The notes: generated by a model not told the origin, from the sequence alone. 64,000 nucleotides of DNA from an uncultured Candidatus Saccharibacteria bacterium (GCA_964423445.1 CAYREQ010000001.1:1732-65731), one strand, 5' to 3'; shown: positions 1 through 11,608, numbered from the stretch's first letter. Numbers and translations: made by a program.

Positions 1-307
1 CACCGTCTTCTGCTGACACTACCAAGATAGCTATATCAGCTACTTGAGCTCCACGTTCTCGCATTTTTGAAAAAGCTTCGTGGCCAGGAGTATCTAGGAA
101 AGTTATTTTTTTATCTATACCTTCTTCGTTTTTGTGTACGACTTCATAAGCAGAAATTCTCTGAGTTATACCTCCAGTCTCAGTGTCTACGACATTTGTC
201 TTTCTTATATAGTCGAGCAATGTAGATTTACCATGGTCAATATGACCCATGATTACTACTACTGGTGCGCGTTCTGTCGTATTTGTTTTTTGACTATTTT
301 TTTCCAT
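1..307 (-). CDS. infB: Translation initiation factor IF-2, 5' part (runs off window)
   Basis: Manual translation [49 protein letters not shown]...[10 protein letters not shown] = IF-2 G domain; not in the ORF track. Confidence 0.95.
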   Translation of the reverse strand, partial: MEKNSQKTNTTERAPVVVIMGHIDHGKSTLLDYIRKTNVVDTETGGITQRISAYEVVHKNEEGIDKKITFLDTPGHEAFSKMRERGAQVADIAILVVSAEDG

Positions 308-313
308 ATTAAT

Positions 314-778
314 TTAAACTTTCGCTTTTTCTAAAACCTCACGCTCCTCGTCGGTCAATCCATGGTCTGATTTATTATTTTTTATTGGCTTAGCAAAGAC
401 ACTCATCCTCTCACGTGAGTAAAGGCTCGAAAGGACTACACCATCACCATCTTCGTTTAACATACCAATAGCAAAACTCTGGTTTCCTCCTTGATCAGGA
501 AATGGATTGAAACGTATGGTATGAAGCCCGCGAACACTTTTTTTAAGTTTGGAATTTATTACTCCAAGTTCTTTTTCTGTGTCTTCTTTTGATTTTTTTA
601 AAAGTGCAATATCATTATGAAGCGAGATGATAGTATCTTCTAAATCTTTTGCTTTTTTCCCTACAAAAAATCTTTTTAAGCGTTTTTCAGTGGTAAAAAT
701 CCAAATAGTTATTAAAAGAATGATTATTCCACCTAAAACAAAAAAAACCAAGAAAACACTGTCGAGCTTTATATTCAT
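314..778 (-). CDS. DUF4446-like membrane-anchored protein
   Basis: N-terminal TM, coiled coil, RFNPF..GGNQSFAI...DGVVLSSLYSR motif. Confidence 0.75.
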   Translation of the reverse strand: MNIKLDSVFLVFFVLGGIIILLITIWIFTTEKRLKRFFVGKKAKDLEDTIISLHNDIALLKKSKEDTEKELGVINSKLKKSVRGLHTIRFNPFPDQGGNQSFAIGMLNEDGDGVVLSSLYSRERMSVFAKPIKNNKSDHGLTDEEREVLEKAKV

Positions 779-802
779 ATAATTTCAATATATACTATTT
801 TC

Positions 803-1930
803 ATGCCTAAATCAAATGACAGATTGAGAAAAAATAAGAGTTTTATATATATGGATTATGCGTCGAGCGCCCTTGTGAGCTCGCCAAATTCTTCGGCTAT
901 TCACGACCTTGGATTAAAAGAGAAGAAAAAGCTCGAGGCTGCTAGAAAAAAAATAGCTGATATTCTAAAAACTCAAGATAGTGAGATTATTTTTACTTCT
1001 GGTGCTACTGAGAGTAATAATCTATCAATTTTAGGAATTGGCAAGGGTCATATAGTGACTACAAATATAGAACATGCATCTGTGATAGAGACAGCAAAAC
1101 ATAGAGGTGGAGTTTCTTTTGTTCCTGTGGAGCCAGACGGCATAGTCGATCCTAAAAAAATTAAAAAAGCTTTAAATAAAAACACCGTACTAGTATCTGT
1201 AATGTATGCAAACAATGAAATAGGCACAATACAACCGATAAAAGAAATTGCAAAAGAGATAAGACATTACAATAAGACAAACAATACAAAAATATTTTTT
1301 CACACTGATGCTACACAAGCTATAAACTATTTACTAATTTCTATACCACAGCTCGGTGTCGATATGATGTCTTTCAATGCTGCAAAAATTTATGGACCCA
1401 AAGGAGTCGGAGTTTTATATGTAAAGAAAAATACACCAATCACAAAGATTATGTTTGGTGGTGATCAAGAGATGGGATTTCGACCAGGTACTGAAAACGT
1501 AATAGGAGCTACAGCATTAGCAAGTGCTTTAGAAAAAACAGAAAAAATTAAAGACAAAGAAGTGAAAAGACTAACAGTTCTACGTGATTATTTTATTAAA
1601 AAATTACAGAAAATTTCTACAGACATAATAATAAATGGTGATTTAAAAAATAGACTACCAAATAATATAAATATTACTGTTCCCAATATACCAAGTGATT
1701 TATTGGTGATAGAATTATCTACAAGAGGAATCTTGGCTTCTGCGAAGAGTGCTTGCAAGAGTGGAGACGGCAAAGCTTCACATGTAATATCTGCGATAGA
1801 TAAGAATATAAAAGAAACTGATGGTTCTATAAGATTTTCTATGGGCAGAGAGACCACGAAAGCTCAGATTGACTATACAATCAAGTCTCTAGCTCAAATT
1901 TTAAATAAATTAGGTAAGTGGTATAATTAA
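803..1930 (+). CDS. iscS: Cysteine desulfurase (IscS/NifS family)
   Basis: IFTSGATESNN, HTDATQ, KIYGPKGVG (PLP Lys), SAC catalytic Cys, IRFSMGR. Confidence 0.9.
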   Translation: MPKSNDRLRKNKSFIYMDYASSALVSSPNSSAIHDLGLKEKKKLEAARKKIADILKTQDSEIIFTSGATESNNLSILGIGKGHIVTTNIEHASVIETAKHRGGVSFVPVEPDGIVDPKKIKKALNKNTVLVSVMYANNEIGTIQPIKEIAKEIRHYNKTNNTKIFFHTDATQAINYLLISIPQLGVDMMSFNAAKIYGPKGVGVLYVKKNTPITKIMFGGDQEMGFRPGTENVIGATALASALEKTEKIKDKEVKRLTVLRDYFIKKLQKISTDIIINGDLKNRLPNNINITVPNIPSDLLVIELSTRGILASAKSACKSGDGKASHVISAIDKNIKETDGSIRFSMGRETTKAQIDYTIKSLAQILNKLGKWYN

Positions 1931-1957
1931 ATTATTATAAAATAAATAAAAAATATT

Positions 1958-2290
1958 ATGTTTGAAGGTAAACAAGAAGGAGTAAGAGACACAGCGTTAG
2001 AAGAAGAGATAGTCAAGTCTACTCAAAAAGTACGAGCACGGGAAGAATTTGATTTAAAAAAACAAGCATATTTAGAAAAATTTAAAAATCATGGGGACCA
2101 TGATATCATCGATTATCTGTTGTCTCGTGAAATAGATGAAATTATAAAAGATAAAAAAGGTAAAATTCAGAATTGGGAATTAGGACAAATGCTAGATCAA
2201 AGATTGGTATATATGAATAGTGTTGACCCAGAGCTAGATCTGACAGAAGAGAGAACAAAAACCAAAGAAGCAATAAAAAATCTATCCTAA
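1958..2290 (+). CDS. Hypothetical protein
   Basis: 110-aa ORF, in line with neighbours, no recognised motif. Confidence 0.65.
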   Translation: MFEGKQEGVRDTALEEEIVKSTQKVRAREEFDLKKQAYLEKFKNHGDHDIIDYLLSREIDEIIKDKKGKIQNWELGQMLDQRLVYMNSVDPELDLTEERTKTKEAIKNLS

Positions 2291-2303
2291 CTATAACTAC
2301 TAT

Positions 2304-2720
2304 ATGGACTCAAACGAAATAGTAATAAAAAAGTTTCATCCACATCCTTTATATCATTTTGTTTTTTATTTTAGTGGAGTTCTTATTTTTATTTCTGGAT
2401 TTTTTATTACTTGGTATTTACTCGTAGTGGGAGTACTAATTTTTGTATTGGGAGAAGTAGCCAGAATTTCTGAGACCTTTTTTGTGCTTGAGAGTGGTAT
2501 AGCCAGAGAATACAAATTAATTGCTACTTCTAGAGATTTTACTGAATACAGTAAAATTCAAAATATAAAAGTGAGGCAAGGTTTTATCGAAAGAATTTTT
2601 GGAATAGGAAATATACACATAGATACTGCCGGTAGTGATAAATCCGAAGTAAATTTTCATGGCGTATCTGATCCTTATGCTGTTGAAAGTATTATCAGAG
2701 GCAAAATGAAAATTTTATAA
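2304..2720 (+). CDS. Membrane protein with bacterial PH (bPH_2) domain
   Basis: Two TM segments then KIQNIKVRQGFIERIFGIGNIHIDTAG. Confidence 0.8.
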   Translation: MDSNEIVIKKFHPHPLYHFVFYFSGVLIFISGFFITWYLLVVGVLIFVLGEVARISETFFVLESGIAREYKLIATSRDFTEYSKIQNIKVRQGFIERIFGIGNIHIDTAGSDKSEVNFHGVSDPYAVESIIRGKMKIL

Positions 2721-2722
2721 AT

Positions 2723-2908
2723 ATGATGACAGATTTTGAAAAAGCTAAACAAATACAAAAGATATATGATGAAGCCATCAAGAAATTGGACGCGCTTGAA
2801 GGAGAAAAGAAGCAAATTACTAAAAAATATATAGAAGAGCTTGAAGCTCAAAAGATTGAAGCGATTCGGGCATCAATCGAATTATTATTTGATAAAAAAG
2901 AAGAATAA
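2723..2908 (+). CDS. Small coiled-coil hypothetical protein
   Basis: 61-aa E/K-rich ORF packed between neighbours. Confidence 0.6.
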   Translation: MMTDFEKAKQIQKIYDEAIKKLDALEGEKKQITKKYIEELEAQKIEAIRASIELLFDKKEE

Positions 2909-2912
2909 TTTT

Positions 2913-4058
2913 ATGGCAATGGAAAATGTAGTAAAAAAATTAGAAGAAGAAGGGGACACAGTGGCTCTTGAGAGAATAAAAGAAGAAGCAGAAGTCAGCA
3001 TGGATGGAGCTACAGTAGGTTTGGCTGAGCAAGCACTTGCAAGACTAAATGCAATTTCTAAAAAGGCTGAAGCTGTGGGTATAGTACCCGCAGAAAAAAT
3101 CGCACAAGTAGAATCATTGGGAGGTTCTGGTGATGAAATTACAAGTAGAACACAAGAAATTGATAGTAAAATTGCAGAAGTAAGAGCTGACGCAGAAAGA
3201 AAAGTAAATGAAGTTATAAAAGGTGAAGATGGAACAGAAGTGCCAAAAATAGAAGCTACTCCAATTGACCCTATAGAAAAAAAGAAAGAAATAGTAGAAC
3301 TTGAAGCAGAATTAAATGCCCTACTTCAAGAAATTGAAAAATCTGGAAATGAACTTGATAAGTTTCGAGAAAATAAAAATCACAATGTACCAACAGGAAA
3401 TCAAATGATGGCTAATCTTTCTTCGTTGTGGGAAAAACGTGACGCCATAAGATCTCGCCTAGAGAAACTAACATTTGATCCTCAAAAAGCTGAAGAAGAA
3501 AAAAAACAAGCAGTGGATGCTCTAAAAGAAGAACTAAAGAAAATACCTGATATTCGTCCATATGATCGAGAGGCTGAAAAAAAAGTAGTTGCAAAATATT
3601 ATGAGAAAGGAGATAGTTTTGGATTCTCAGACCAAGAAAAAGAAGTGTTAAATAAATATTTAACAGACACCGAAGGAGTACTAAAGGCTGAGGCAAAATG
3701 GTTTGCACCTAATGCAGGTACACCAATAACAAGAGCAAAGGAACTTGGGAATCCTGAAAATATAATAGGTCAGGCAGAACAAAAATTACAAGAGGTGATT
3801 AAGCGTCTTATAGATAACGATGATAAAAAAAATCTTCGCACGCAAGTAATAACTTTTTTAATTGATAGCCCAGAAAATAGATTTTCACCCGAAACTCAAA
3901 GACTTTTAGTACAAGCATATGAGAAACTTGATGAAGGTCCGATGGTTGCAACTGTTCACTATGGTACAGGAGAACAAATGGATTTTCGGTCTATGTATGA
4001 AACAAAAGTAGCTGCTCTAAAAAAACACTTAGAAGTAGAAAATACTCCAGTCAGTTAA
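2913..4058 (+). CDS. E/K-rich coiled-coil hypothetical protein
   Basis: Long ORF; ATG at 2913 chosen to avoid overlap with the upstream gene. Confidence 0.7.
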   Translation: MAMENVVKKLEEEGDTVALERIKEEAEVSMDGATVGLAEQALARLNAISKKAEAVGIVPAEKIAQVESLGGSGDEITSRTQEIDSKIAEVRADAERKVNEVIKGEDGTEVPKIEATPIDPIEKKKEIVELEAELNALLQEIEKSGNELDKFRENKNHNVPTGNQMMANLSSLWEKRDAIRSRLEKLTFDPQKAEEEKKQAVDALKEELKKIPDIRPYDREAEKKVVAKYYEKGDSFGFSDQEKEVLNKYLTDTEGVLKAEAKWFAPNAGTPITRAKELGNPENIIGQAEQKLQEVIKRLIDNDDKKNLRTQVITFLIDSPENRFSPETQRLLVQAYEKLDEGPMVATVHYGTGEQMDFRSMYETKVAALKKHLEVENTPVS

Positions 4059-4105
4059 AATTTCATCTTTTTGATTTATAGTCTCTTTTGAGCTATAATT
4101 GGCCT

Positions 4106-4639
4106 ATGGACATAAAGGAATTAAATAAATCACAGCTTATATTACTTGCGGTGCTTTTGAGCTTCGTGACTTCTATAGCTACGGGTATAACCACTGTGAC
4201 TTTAATGCAACAAGCTCCAGGTTCAGTCACTGTGCCTTTAACTCAGATAGTCAGAGAGACAGTAGAAAAAGTAGTACCAGCTAGTGTAACCAATACAGTG
4301 AGTACTCCTGCACTATCTAATGATCAAAAGAAATTACTCGAAGATTTAAAAGCCATCAAGCCACTCACTATGACTTTAGTCCTCAAAGGAGAGACAGCTG
4401 ATAAGGATAAAGTTTTAGGTAGCGGATTATTTCTTGGAGAAAATAAAGTCGTCATAGCCTCTCTAATACCAGCACCAAAAGAAGGAGAAGTATATATTAT
4501 AAAATCTGTATTGGGTGAACAAAAAGTATCAAAAGTAATTGAACAAAAAGATTTTACTATCATTGAATTAGCAAAAACCGAAACTCCTCCTCCTGCTCCA
4601 GTAGTCCCACCAGCGGGGGAAACACCAGTAACACAATAA
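4106..4639 (+). CDS. Membrane-anchored protein resembling a degenerate HtrA/trypsin-like N-terminal part
   Basis: LLSFVTSIATGITTVTL TM, GSGLF strand; no catalytic His/Ser motifs; TATAAT 6 nt before ATG. Confidence 0.6.
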   Translation: MDIKELNKSQLILLAVLLSFVTSIATGITTVTLMQQAPGSVTVPLTQIVRETVEKVVPASVTNTVSTPALSNDQKKLLEDLKAIKPLTMTLVLKGETADKDKVLGSGLFLGENKVVIASLIPAPKEGEVYIIKSVLGEQKVSKVIEQKDFTIIELAKTETPPPAPVVPPAGETPVTQ

Positions 4640-4651
4640 TAAATTTTAAAT

Positions 4652-7375
4652 ATGCCACCATTAAATAAATTCACAACTAAAGCCAAAGACGCGATAAAAA
4701 AAGCTCATGAGCTTGCTATTGAACGTGGAGTAAATCACGTTTCTTCTCTGCACTTACTCGCAGCATTACTACTCGCAGAAGAATCCATAGTAAATTCTAT
4801 TTTAGACAAGCTCGAAATAGACACAATGCTTCTTACTGATTCTGTCTTGGAGTTAATAGAATTACCAGAATCTCACAGCACTATTTCACCTGCATACCAA
4901 ATCTACCTAAACCCAGATTTGGCACAAGTGATAGAGCAGTCAGCCAAGCTCGCTGAATACATGAAAGATGATTTTGTATCTACAGAGCACTTATTTATTG
5001 CAATTCTTGAAGTCACGAGTGAAGCTCGTGAGACACTATCACGATTTAGAATTCACAAAGATTCAGTTGTAAAAGTATTAGAAGAACTTCGTAGACAAAA
5101 TATTACTGACGTGGGTGAGCCAAGAAAATTTAAACTTCTTGTAAAATATACTCGCAATTTAACCAAGCTTGCCAAGGAAGATAAATTAGACCCAGTGATA
5201 GGTCGCGATAGTGAAATACTTCGTATCATGCAGATACTCTCAAGAAGGACAAAAAATAATCCAATTTTAATCGGGGAAGCAGGTACAGGAAAGACAGCAG
5301 TAGTAGAAGGTCTAGCTGAAAGAATTGTAAAAGGAAATGTCCCAGAGTCACTCAAAGACAAAGAGCTCGTGTCTCTAGACCTAGGGCTTCTTGTAGCTGG
5401 TACAAAATATCGTGGAGAATTTGAAGAAAGACTCAAAGGTATAATGAAAGAGATAGAACGCTCAGATGGAAAAGTAATTCTTTTTATTGACGAGATTCAT
5501 ACTATAGTCGGAGCGGGAGGAGCAGAGGGAACTATGGATGCTTCAAATATGTTGAAGCCAGTACTTTCTCGTGGAGAACTTCGAGCTATTGGAGCTACGA
5601 CTTTGCGAGAATATCAAAAACATATTGAAAAAGATCCAGCTTTGGCTCGTCGTTTTCAACCCGTATATATTGATGAACCATCTCTAGATGATGCAATTAC
5701 AATACTTCGTGGTCTAAAAGAAAGATACGAGCTTTTTCACGGTGTTCGTATTACAGACGACGCTATTATTGCTGCAGTAAATCTATCTGCTAGATATATC
5801 ACAAATAGATTTTTACCAGACAAAGCTGTGGACTTGATAGATGAAGCTTCAAGTTCTCTAAAGATAATGCTTGAAAACAAACCTTCTGTCCTAGAAGACG
5901 CACATAGAAAGATAATGAAGCTAGAGATAGAAAAAGAAGCTCTTAAAAAAGAGGTAGCGGTGAGAGGTGCTGACAAGAGTAAACAAAATAAAGAGACTAG
6001 AGAGAAAAATATTGAAATTAAAAATAGATTAAAAGAAGTAGATAAAGAGATAGCCAATCTAAACGAAAAGACAAAAGAAATAGAATTAAAATGGAATAAT
6101 GAAAAAACAATAGTAGCTGAGATTCGCACAATTAAACAAGAATTAGATACTATTCGGTTAGAAGCAGAAGAAGCAGAGATGCGCTCTGATCTTTCTCGGG
6201 TAGCTGAAATACGCTACGGTAAAATTCCAGAACTTAAGAAAGACTTAGACACAAAGCTCGCACGATTAAAGAAGTTACAAAAATCTCGCAGAATTTTGAA
6301 AGAAGAAATCACTGCTGAAGATATAGCAGAAGTCGTAGCTCGCTGGACTGGTATACCACTCACTAAGATGCTAGAAGAAGAAAGAGAGAAGCTTGAGAAA
6401 ATGGAAGAAGAATTAAAGAAGAGAGTAGTAGGCCAAGATGGAGCTATAAGAAAAGTCGCAGATGTCATAAGGCGCTCTCGTGCTGGTATAGGAGACCCAA
6501 ATAGGCCAATCGGCTCATTTATATTCTTGGGTCCGACTGGTGTAGGAAAGACAGAGCTCACAAAAGCTTTGGGGCAATTTATGTTCAATGATGACAAAGC
6601 TATAATTCGAGTGGATATGTCTGAGTACATGGAGAGGCATTCAATATCAAAACTCATTGGTTCACCACCAGGGTATGTAGGTTACGATGAAGCAGGACAA
6701 CTCACAGAGTCAGTAAGGCATAGACCTTATGCAGTGATACTTTTTGATGAGATTGAAAAAGCTCATCCTGAAGTTTTCAATATGCTACTCCAAGTATTGG
6801 ATGAAGGTAGATTAACTGATGGGAAAGGTAGAATAGTAAATTTCAAAAATACTATTATAATACTAACTTCAAATATCGGTTCACAATTCGTAGAAAAGAT
6901 GGAATCAGTTGGTTTTTCAAATAATACTGACAAGCAAAACTACTCAAACATGAAAGATAAAATCACAGACACCTTGAAAGAACATTTTCGTCCTGAGTTC
7001 TTAAATAGGTTAGATGAGACCATAGTCTTTGATATTTTGTCTGAATCTGCAATAAAAGAAATTGTAAAACTTCGAGTAAGAGTAGTACAAGACCGCTTAC
7101 TAGCCAAAGGTATAAGTTTTGAAATAGCAGATGAAGCCTTCTCTTATCTTGCAAAAGAAGGATATGATCCACACTATGGTGCAAGACCTCTAAATCGTCT
7201 AATTCAAAATAAAATTTTAAATCCCGTGGCTTCATACATTATTTCTAACAAAGTTAAAAAAGGAGATAAGATTGTAGCAAGTATAAAGAATGGGGAACTC
7301 ATAATAGAAAACAAAAAAGGACAAGGAGGCAAAATCAAAAGTCCAATACAAATAAGACCAAGCTCAAAGGTCTAA
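4652..7375 (+). CDS. clpB: ATP-dependent chaperone ClpB
   Basis: Two AAA+ modules ([16 protein letters not shown]), long middle coiled-coil domain, GARPL. Confidence 0.93.
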   Translation: MPPLNKFTTKAKDAIKKAHELAIERGVNHVSSLHLLAALLLAEESIVNSILDKLEIDTMLLTDSVLELIELPESHSTISPAYQIYLNPDLAQVIEQSAKLAEYMKDDFVSTEHLFIAILEVTSEARETLSRFRIHKDSVVKVLEELRRQNITDVGEPRKFKLLVKYTRNLTKLAKEDKLDPVIGRDSEILRIMQILSRRTKNNPILIGEAGTGKTAVVEGLAERIVKGNVPESLKDKELVSLDLGLLVAGTKYRGEFEERLKGIMKEIERSDGKVILFIDEIHTIVGAGGAEGTMDASNMLKPVLSRGELRAIGATTLREYQKHIEKDPALARRFQPVYIDEPSLDDAITILRGLKERYELFHGVRITDDAIIAAVNLSARYITNRFLPDKAVDLIDEASSSLKIMLENKPSVLEDAHRKIMKLEIEKEALKKEVAVRGADKSKQNKETREKNIEIKNRLKEVDKEIANLNEKTKEIELKWNNEKTIVAEIRTIKQELDTIRLEAEEAEMRSDLSRVAEIRYGKIPELKKDLDTKLARLKKLQKSRRILKEEITAEDIAEVVARWTGIPLTKMLEEEREKLEKMEEELKKRVVGQDGAIRKVADVIRRSRAGIGDPNRPIGSFIFLGPTGVGKTELTKALGQFMFNDDKAIIRVDMSEYMERHSISKLIGSPPGYVGYDEAGQLTESVRHRPYAVILFDEIEKAHPEVFNMLLQVLDEGRLTDGKGRIVNFKNTIIILTSNIGSQFVEKMESVGFSNNTDKQNYSNMKDKITDTLKEHFRPEFLNRLDETIVFDILSESAIKEIVKLRVRVVQDRLLAKGISFEIADEAFSYLAKEGYDPHYGARPLNRLIQNKILNPVASYIISNKVKKGDKIVASIKNGELIIENKKGQGGKIKSPIQIRPSSKV

Positions 7376-7398
7376 AAGGAAGTAGATAGCTTATAAAA

Positions 7399-7430
7399 CC
7401 CGCCCGTACAATATGGTGCATTCGGGCGGG
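7399..7430. repeat. GC-rich inverted repeat after clpB (REP-like or terminator)
   Basis: CCCGCCCG-16 nt-CGGGCGGG. Confidence 0.55.
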
Positions 7431-7479
7431 GATGCAAAAAAGTTTTTTTTGTGTTATTTTATGCTAGTATATTTCCTAT

Positions 7480-7565
7480 GCGTCGGTGGTAGAGTGGTCA
7501 ATTACAACAGACTGTAAATCTGTCGCCTCCGGGCTACGAAGGTTCGAATCCTTCCCGACGCACCA
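7480..7565 (+). tRNA. tRNA-Tyr(GTA)
   Basis: Acceptor GCGTCGG/CCGACGC, anticodon arm ACAGA-CTGTAAA-TCTGT, long variable arm, GGTTCGAATCC, encoded CCA. Confidence 0.97.
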
Positions 7566-7568
7566 AAC

Positions 7569-7865
7569 ATGACTAAACAAATTACTTGTATAATTTCTGG
7601 CAGAGTACAAGGTGTACTTTTTCGTGACTTTACTTGTAGAAATGCAAAGAAATTTTCTTTGATGGGTACTGTTGAAAATTTACCGGATGGGAGTGTGAAA
7701 GTTATAGCACAAGGAGAAGAAGAAATTCTAAATAAGTTTTTAGAAAAATTAAAAATAGGTCCAATTTTATCTAAGGTAGAAGATATAAAAATAGAATGGT
7801 CCGACAATATAGGTATATTTAAAGATTTCAAAATTGTTTACCATGGTTTCTTAGATCACTTTTAA
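7569..7865 (+). CDS. acyP: Acylphosphatase
   Basis: SGRVQGVLFR, GTVENLPDGSV. Confidence 0.9.
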   Translation: MTKQITCIISGRVQGVLFRDFTCRNAKKFSLMGTVENLPDGSVKVIAQGEEEILNKFLEKLKIGPILSKVEDIKIEWSDNIGIFKDFKIVYHGFLDHF

Positions 7866-7868
7866 AAA

Positions 7869-8579
7869 ATGGAAGAAAAAAATATAGATAAAAAAAATAT
7901 ACCCAAATGCATAGGTATCATAATGGATGGGAATAGGAGGTGGGCCAAAGAGCAAGGTGTCCCTGCTTTTGAAGGGCATAGGAAAGGTTATGAAAAGATG
8001 AGAAATACAGGAAGATGGGCAAAAGAAATTGGAATTGAATATATGATTTTTTATTGTTTCTCAGTTGAGAATTGGAAACGCAGAGAAGAAGAAGTAAATT
8101 ACCTTATGGATTTATTTAAGTTTGCATTTACAGATGGAGCTGAATCATTGTTTAGAAATGAAATAAGAATAAAAGTTGTCGGAGACATTTCTCGTTTTTC
8201 TTCTGATATTCAAGAAATGATAAAAAAAATAGAATACGATACAAAGCATTTCAAGACGACTATGGTCTTGGCTATGTCTTATGGCGGAAGAGGTGAGATA
8301 TTAAATGCTGTAAAAAAAATATCTGAGACTAAGACGAAAGAAGAAATAGAAAAAATGGACGAGGAAGATTTTTCTAAGTATTTATATACAGCCGATATTC
8401 CTGACCCAGATATAATAATAAGAACAAGCGGGGAGATGCGACTTTCAGGTTTTTTGCCATGGCAGAGCGTGTATAGTGAGTTTTTCTTCTTGAAAACTTA
8501 CTGGCCAGCATTTAGCAAAGAGGACTTTTTGGGGGTGTTAGACGAGTATAATTTACGTAGCCGTAGGCATGGGAAATAA
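7869..8579 (+). CDS. uppS: Undecaprenyl diphosphate synthase
   Basis: IIMDGNRRWA, FSVENWKR, DPDIIIRTSGEMRLSGF. Confidence 0.95.
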   Translation: MEEKNIDKKNIPKCIGIIMDGNRRWAKEQGVPAFEGHRKGYEKMRNTGRWAKEIGIEYMIFYCFSVENWKRREEEVNYLMDLFKFAFTDGAESLFRNEIRIKVVGDISRFSSDIQEMIKKIEYDTKHFKTTMVLAMSYGGRGEILNAVKKISETKTKEEIEKMDEEDFSKYLYTADIPDPDIIIRTSGEMRLSGFLPWQSVYSEFFFLKTYWPAFSKEDFLGVLDEYNLRSRRHGK

Positions 8580-8614
8580 TTTATGTTATAATAAAGGGGA
8601 ATTTGACCAAGGAC

Positions 8615-8694
8615 TTGTCATTTTCTATAAAGTATGTTATTATTAAAAGATGCAAAATAGAGCCAAAAGGCTTTTTTGTTTTATAAGGGTTTAA
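8615..8694 (+). promoter_or_regulatory. Sigma70 promoter plus 14-aa uORF (8650-8694) containing a terminator-like hairpin, upstream of typA
   Basis: TTGTCA-17-TATTAT-6-ATG; MQNRAKRLFCFIRV*; AGAGCC-AAAA-GGCTTT followed by a T-run. Confidence 0.55.
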
Positions 8695-8705
8695 AAAAAT
8701 AAATT

Positions 8706-10526
8706 ATGGAAATAAGAAATATAGCGATAATAGCTCACGTGGACCACGGCAAGACGACTCTTACTGATTATTTGATGAAGCAAAATGGTGGAAATGCTGA
8801 GGGTGTATCCATGGATTCGAACGACCTAGAAAAAGAGCGTGGTATTACTATATATTCTAAAAATACTTCAATCTACTACAAAGATACAAAGATAAACATA
8901 GTAGACACTCCTGGCCACGCGGATTTCGGCTCTGAGGTAGAGCGTGTTTTACGAGCTATTGATTCTGTGCTTTTACTCGTGGATGCCGTAGAAGGACCAA
9001 TGCCACAAACAAGATTCGTATTAAAGAAATCTCTCGAGTTAGGACTAAGGCCTATAGTAGTAATAAATAAAATAGACAAACCAGCTGCCGATGCTCACAG
9101 AGTGCATGATGAAATTTTAGAATTATTTTTTGAATTGGGCGCTACTGAAGAACAAGCAGATTTTGAAACTATATATGCTATCGGAAGAGAGGGAAAAGCA
9201 TTTAAAAAATTAGGTGATGATTCAAAAGATTTGTCACCACTTTTAGATTTGATTTTAGAAAAAGTAAAACCTGCTTCCAAAGATCAAGACGGTAAAATGT
9301 CTGCTCAAGTTTTCAACCTTGGTTATGACAATTTCTTGGGAAGAATGGCTGTATGCAGAATATACTCTGGAAAAATAGTTTCTGGTAGCTCAGTCCTAGT
9401 AAAAGGGTTTTCTCATGACGAACAAGAAATAAATGAAACACGAAAAGGAAAGATTACAAAACTTTTTTCTTTTGAAGGTATTGCTAGAAAAGATGTAGAG
9501 TACGCGACTTCTGGAGATATAGTGATGATATCTGGTATACCGGATATTTATATCGGAGAGACAATTTGTGAAGATGATTCAGTAGAGCCACTGCCTCACA
9601 TTGCGATAGATGAACCGACACTGTCTCTAAATTTCTTGGTGAACGATTCTCCATTTGCAGGTACTGAAGGAAAATTTGTGACTTCTCGTCAAATAAAAGA
9701 AAGACTTGAAAAAGAACTTGAAATAAACGTGGGATTGAAAGTAGATTTTTCTCCAGACCAAGGTGATAAATCTGGACCTTCATTTTTCAAAGTATATGGA
9801 CGTGGAGAACTTCACATTGCAATTCTTTTAGAAAATATGCGCAGAGAAGGTTTTGAAATGCAGGTGTCTCAGCCAGAAGTTATCATCAAAGAAAAGAATG
9901 GAGTAAAGACAGAGCCATACGAAGAATTGGTGATAGATGTTCCCATGGAATCAAGTGGAAGTGTGATTGAAAAGATTGGAAAAAGACGTGGAATCATGAA
10001 AGACATGGTTGAGAAAAATGGTATTGCGAGAATTATTTTTGATATACCTACTCGCGGATTGCTTGGCTATCGCGGAGAGTTTATTATCGATACAAAAGGA
10101 GAGGGAATAATGAGCTCACGAGTTACAGGCTTTAAAGAACATGCTGGTGAAATCAAAAAGCGTTCATATGGTTCAATGACTTCTATGATTGGAGGTAAAG
10201 CTGTGGCGTTTGCCTTGGCAAACTTGCAAGAACGTGGTATATTATACATAGAACATGGTAGTGAAGTTTACGAAGGAATGGTTATCGGTAACGTTCTAAA
10301 AGGAGAAGACATGGCTGTAAATCCTACTAAAGGAAAACAGCTTACAAATATGCGAGCTTCTGGTACTGATGAAGCGATAACTTTAAATCCTCCATTTATC
10401 TTAAGTATTGAGAGAGGATTAGAAGTCATGAACAACGATGAATATCTGGAAGTCACTCCAAAATCTGTAAGACTAAGAAAGAAATATTTAACAGAGTTAG
10501 ATAGAGTAAAGAAAAATAGATCATAA
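8706..10526 (+). CDS. typA: Translational GTPase TypA/BipA
   Basis: [42 protein letters not shown]. Confidence 0.96.
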   Translation: MEIRNIAIIAHVDHGKTTLTDYLMKQNGGNAEGVSMDSNDLEKERGITIYSKNTSIYYKDTKINIVDTPGHADFGSEVERVLRAIDSVLLLVDAVEGPMPQTRFVLKKSLELGLRPIVVINKIDKPAADAHRVHDEILELFFELGATEEQADFETIYAIGREGKAFKKLGDDSKDLSPLLDLILEKVKPASKDQDGKMSAQVFNLGYDNFLGRMAVCRIYSGKIVSGSSVLVKGFSHDEQEINETRKGKITKLFSFEGIARKDVEYATSGDIVMISGIPDIYIGETICEDDSVEPLPHIAIDEPTLSLNFLVNDSPFAGTEGKFVTSRQIKERLEKELEINVGLKVDFSPDQGDKSGPSFFKVYGRGELHIAILLENMRREGFEMQVSQPEVIIKEKNGVKTEPYEELVIDVPMESSGSVIEKIGKRRGIMKDMVEKNGIARIIFDIPTRGLLGYRGEFIIDTKGEGIMSSRVTGFKEHAGEIKKRSYGSMTSMIGGKAVAFALANLQERGILYIEHGSEVYEGMVIGNVLKGEDMAVNPTKGKQLTNMRASGTDEAITLNPPFILSIERGLEVMNNDEYLEVTPKSVRLRKKYLTELDRVKKNRS

Positions 10527-10565
10527 AAGTAAAAGTAAGAATTAATTTAGAAAAAAAATAAATTT

Positions 10566-11594
10566 ATGTCAACAATATCTTTTAAACCAAAAAAAATTAC
10601 TAAAAAAATAATTTCACATCTTACTGACCGGTCTTTTGATGTTATTATGAATCGTTTTGGTTTGACACCTGACGGTGAGAGACACACACTAGAGGAGATT
10701 GGTAAAAAATATAAAATTACTAGAGAGCGTGTTCGCCAGATAGAAGACGTAGCTCTTTCTGCTATTAAAAAGTCAGATGCTTACAAATTAGAACAAGCAG
10801 CTTTTGAAGAATTGAAACAGCTTATCAAAAACCTTGGTTCAATAATTCCAGAGCATGAGCTTTTGCCATACATATCAAAAGATAAGACGACACAAAATCA
10901 TATTCACTTTTTCCTTACTCTAAGTGATTCTTTTAAAAAGCATCGTGAAGATGAACATTTTCATACTCGTTTTAGTGTAGATGATGAGATGGGTGAAAAA
11001 GTACACGCTACATTAAAAAAGCTTTATACAAGCCTAAAAGATGAAGACCTTATACCTGAGACTGAAATGATTAAAATGTTTTTTGATCATATGAAAGATG
11101 TATCTGAGCAATACCGAGATGACGAAATAGCTAAAAGATGGCTATCTATGTCAAAGAAAATTGCCAAGAATCCATTTGGAGAATGGGGAAAAGCTTCAAG
11201 TCCAAATGTACGTACTCGTGGTGTAAAAGATTATGCTTTCTTGGTCATGAGACGTCATGGTTCACCAATGCATTTCAAAGAGGTAGCAAATTCTATTTCA
11301 AAGACTTTTAATAAAAAAGTTCACTATGCTACTTGTCACAATGAATTAATCAAAGATTCTCGCTTTGTACTAGTAGGTAGAGGAATGTATGCTTTATCTG
11401 AGTGGGGTTACAAGGCTGGTACTGCTCGTGAGGTTATCCGAGATATACTAAAAAGAGAAGGCCCAATGACAAAAGATGATGTTATTGAAAAAGTAAATAA
11501 GGAGAGATACTTCAAGAAAAACACAATTTTAGTAAATCTAGTAAATCCAAAATACTTTAAAGTTGATAAGAACGGATTATACTCTATCGCTTAA
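10566..11594 (+). CDS. Sigma70 region-4 HTH plus C-terminal HARE-HTH-like domain protein (CPR-typical)
   Basis: TLEEIGKKYKITRERVRQIE; HNELIKDSRFVLVGRGMYALSEWG. Confidence 0.75.
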   Translation: MSTISFKPKKITKKIISHLTDRSFDVIMNRFGLTPDGERHTLEEIGKKYKITRERVRQIEDVALSAIKKSDAYKLEQAAFEELKQLIKNLGSIIPEHELLPYISKDKTTQNHIHFFLTLSDSFKKHREDEHFHTRFSVDDEMGEKVHATLKKLYTSLKDEDLIPETEMIKMFFDHMKDVSEQYRDDEIAKRWLSMSKKIAKNPFGEWGKASSPNVRTRGVKDYAFLVMRRHGSPMHFKEVANSISKTFNKKVHYATCHNELIKDSRFVLVGRGMYALSEWGYKAGTAREVIRDILKREGPMTKDDVIEKVNKERYFKKNTILVNLVNPKYFKVDKNGLYSIA

Positions 11595-11608
11595 ATTAAT
11601 AAAATATC

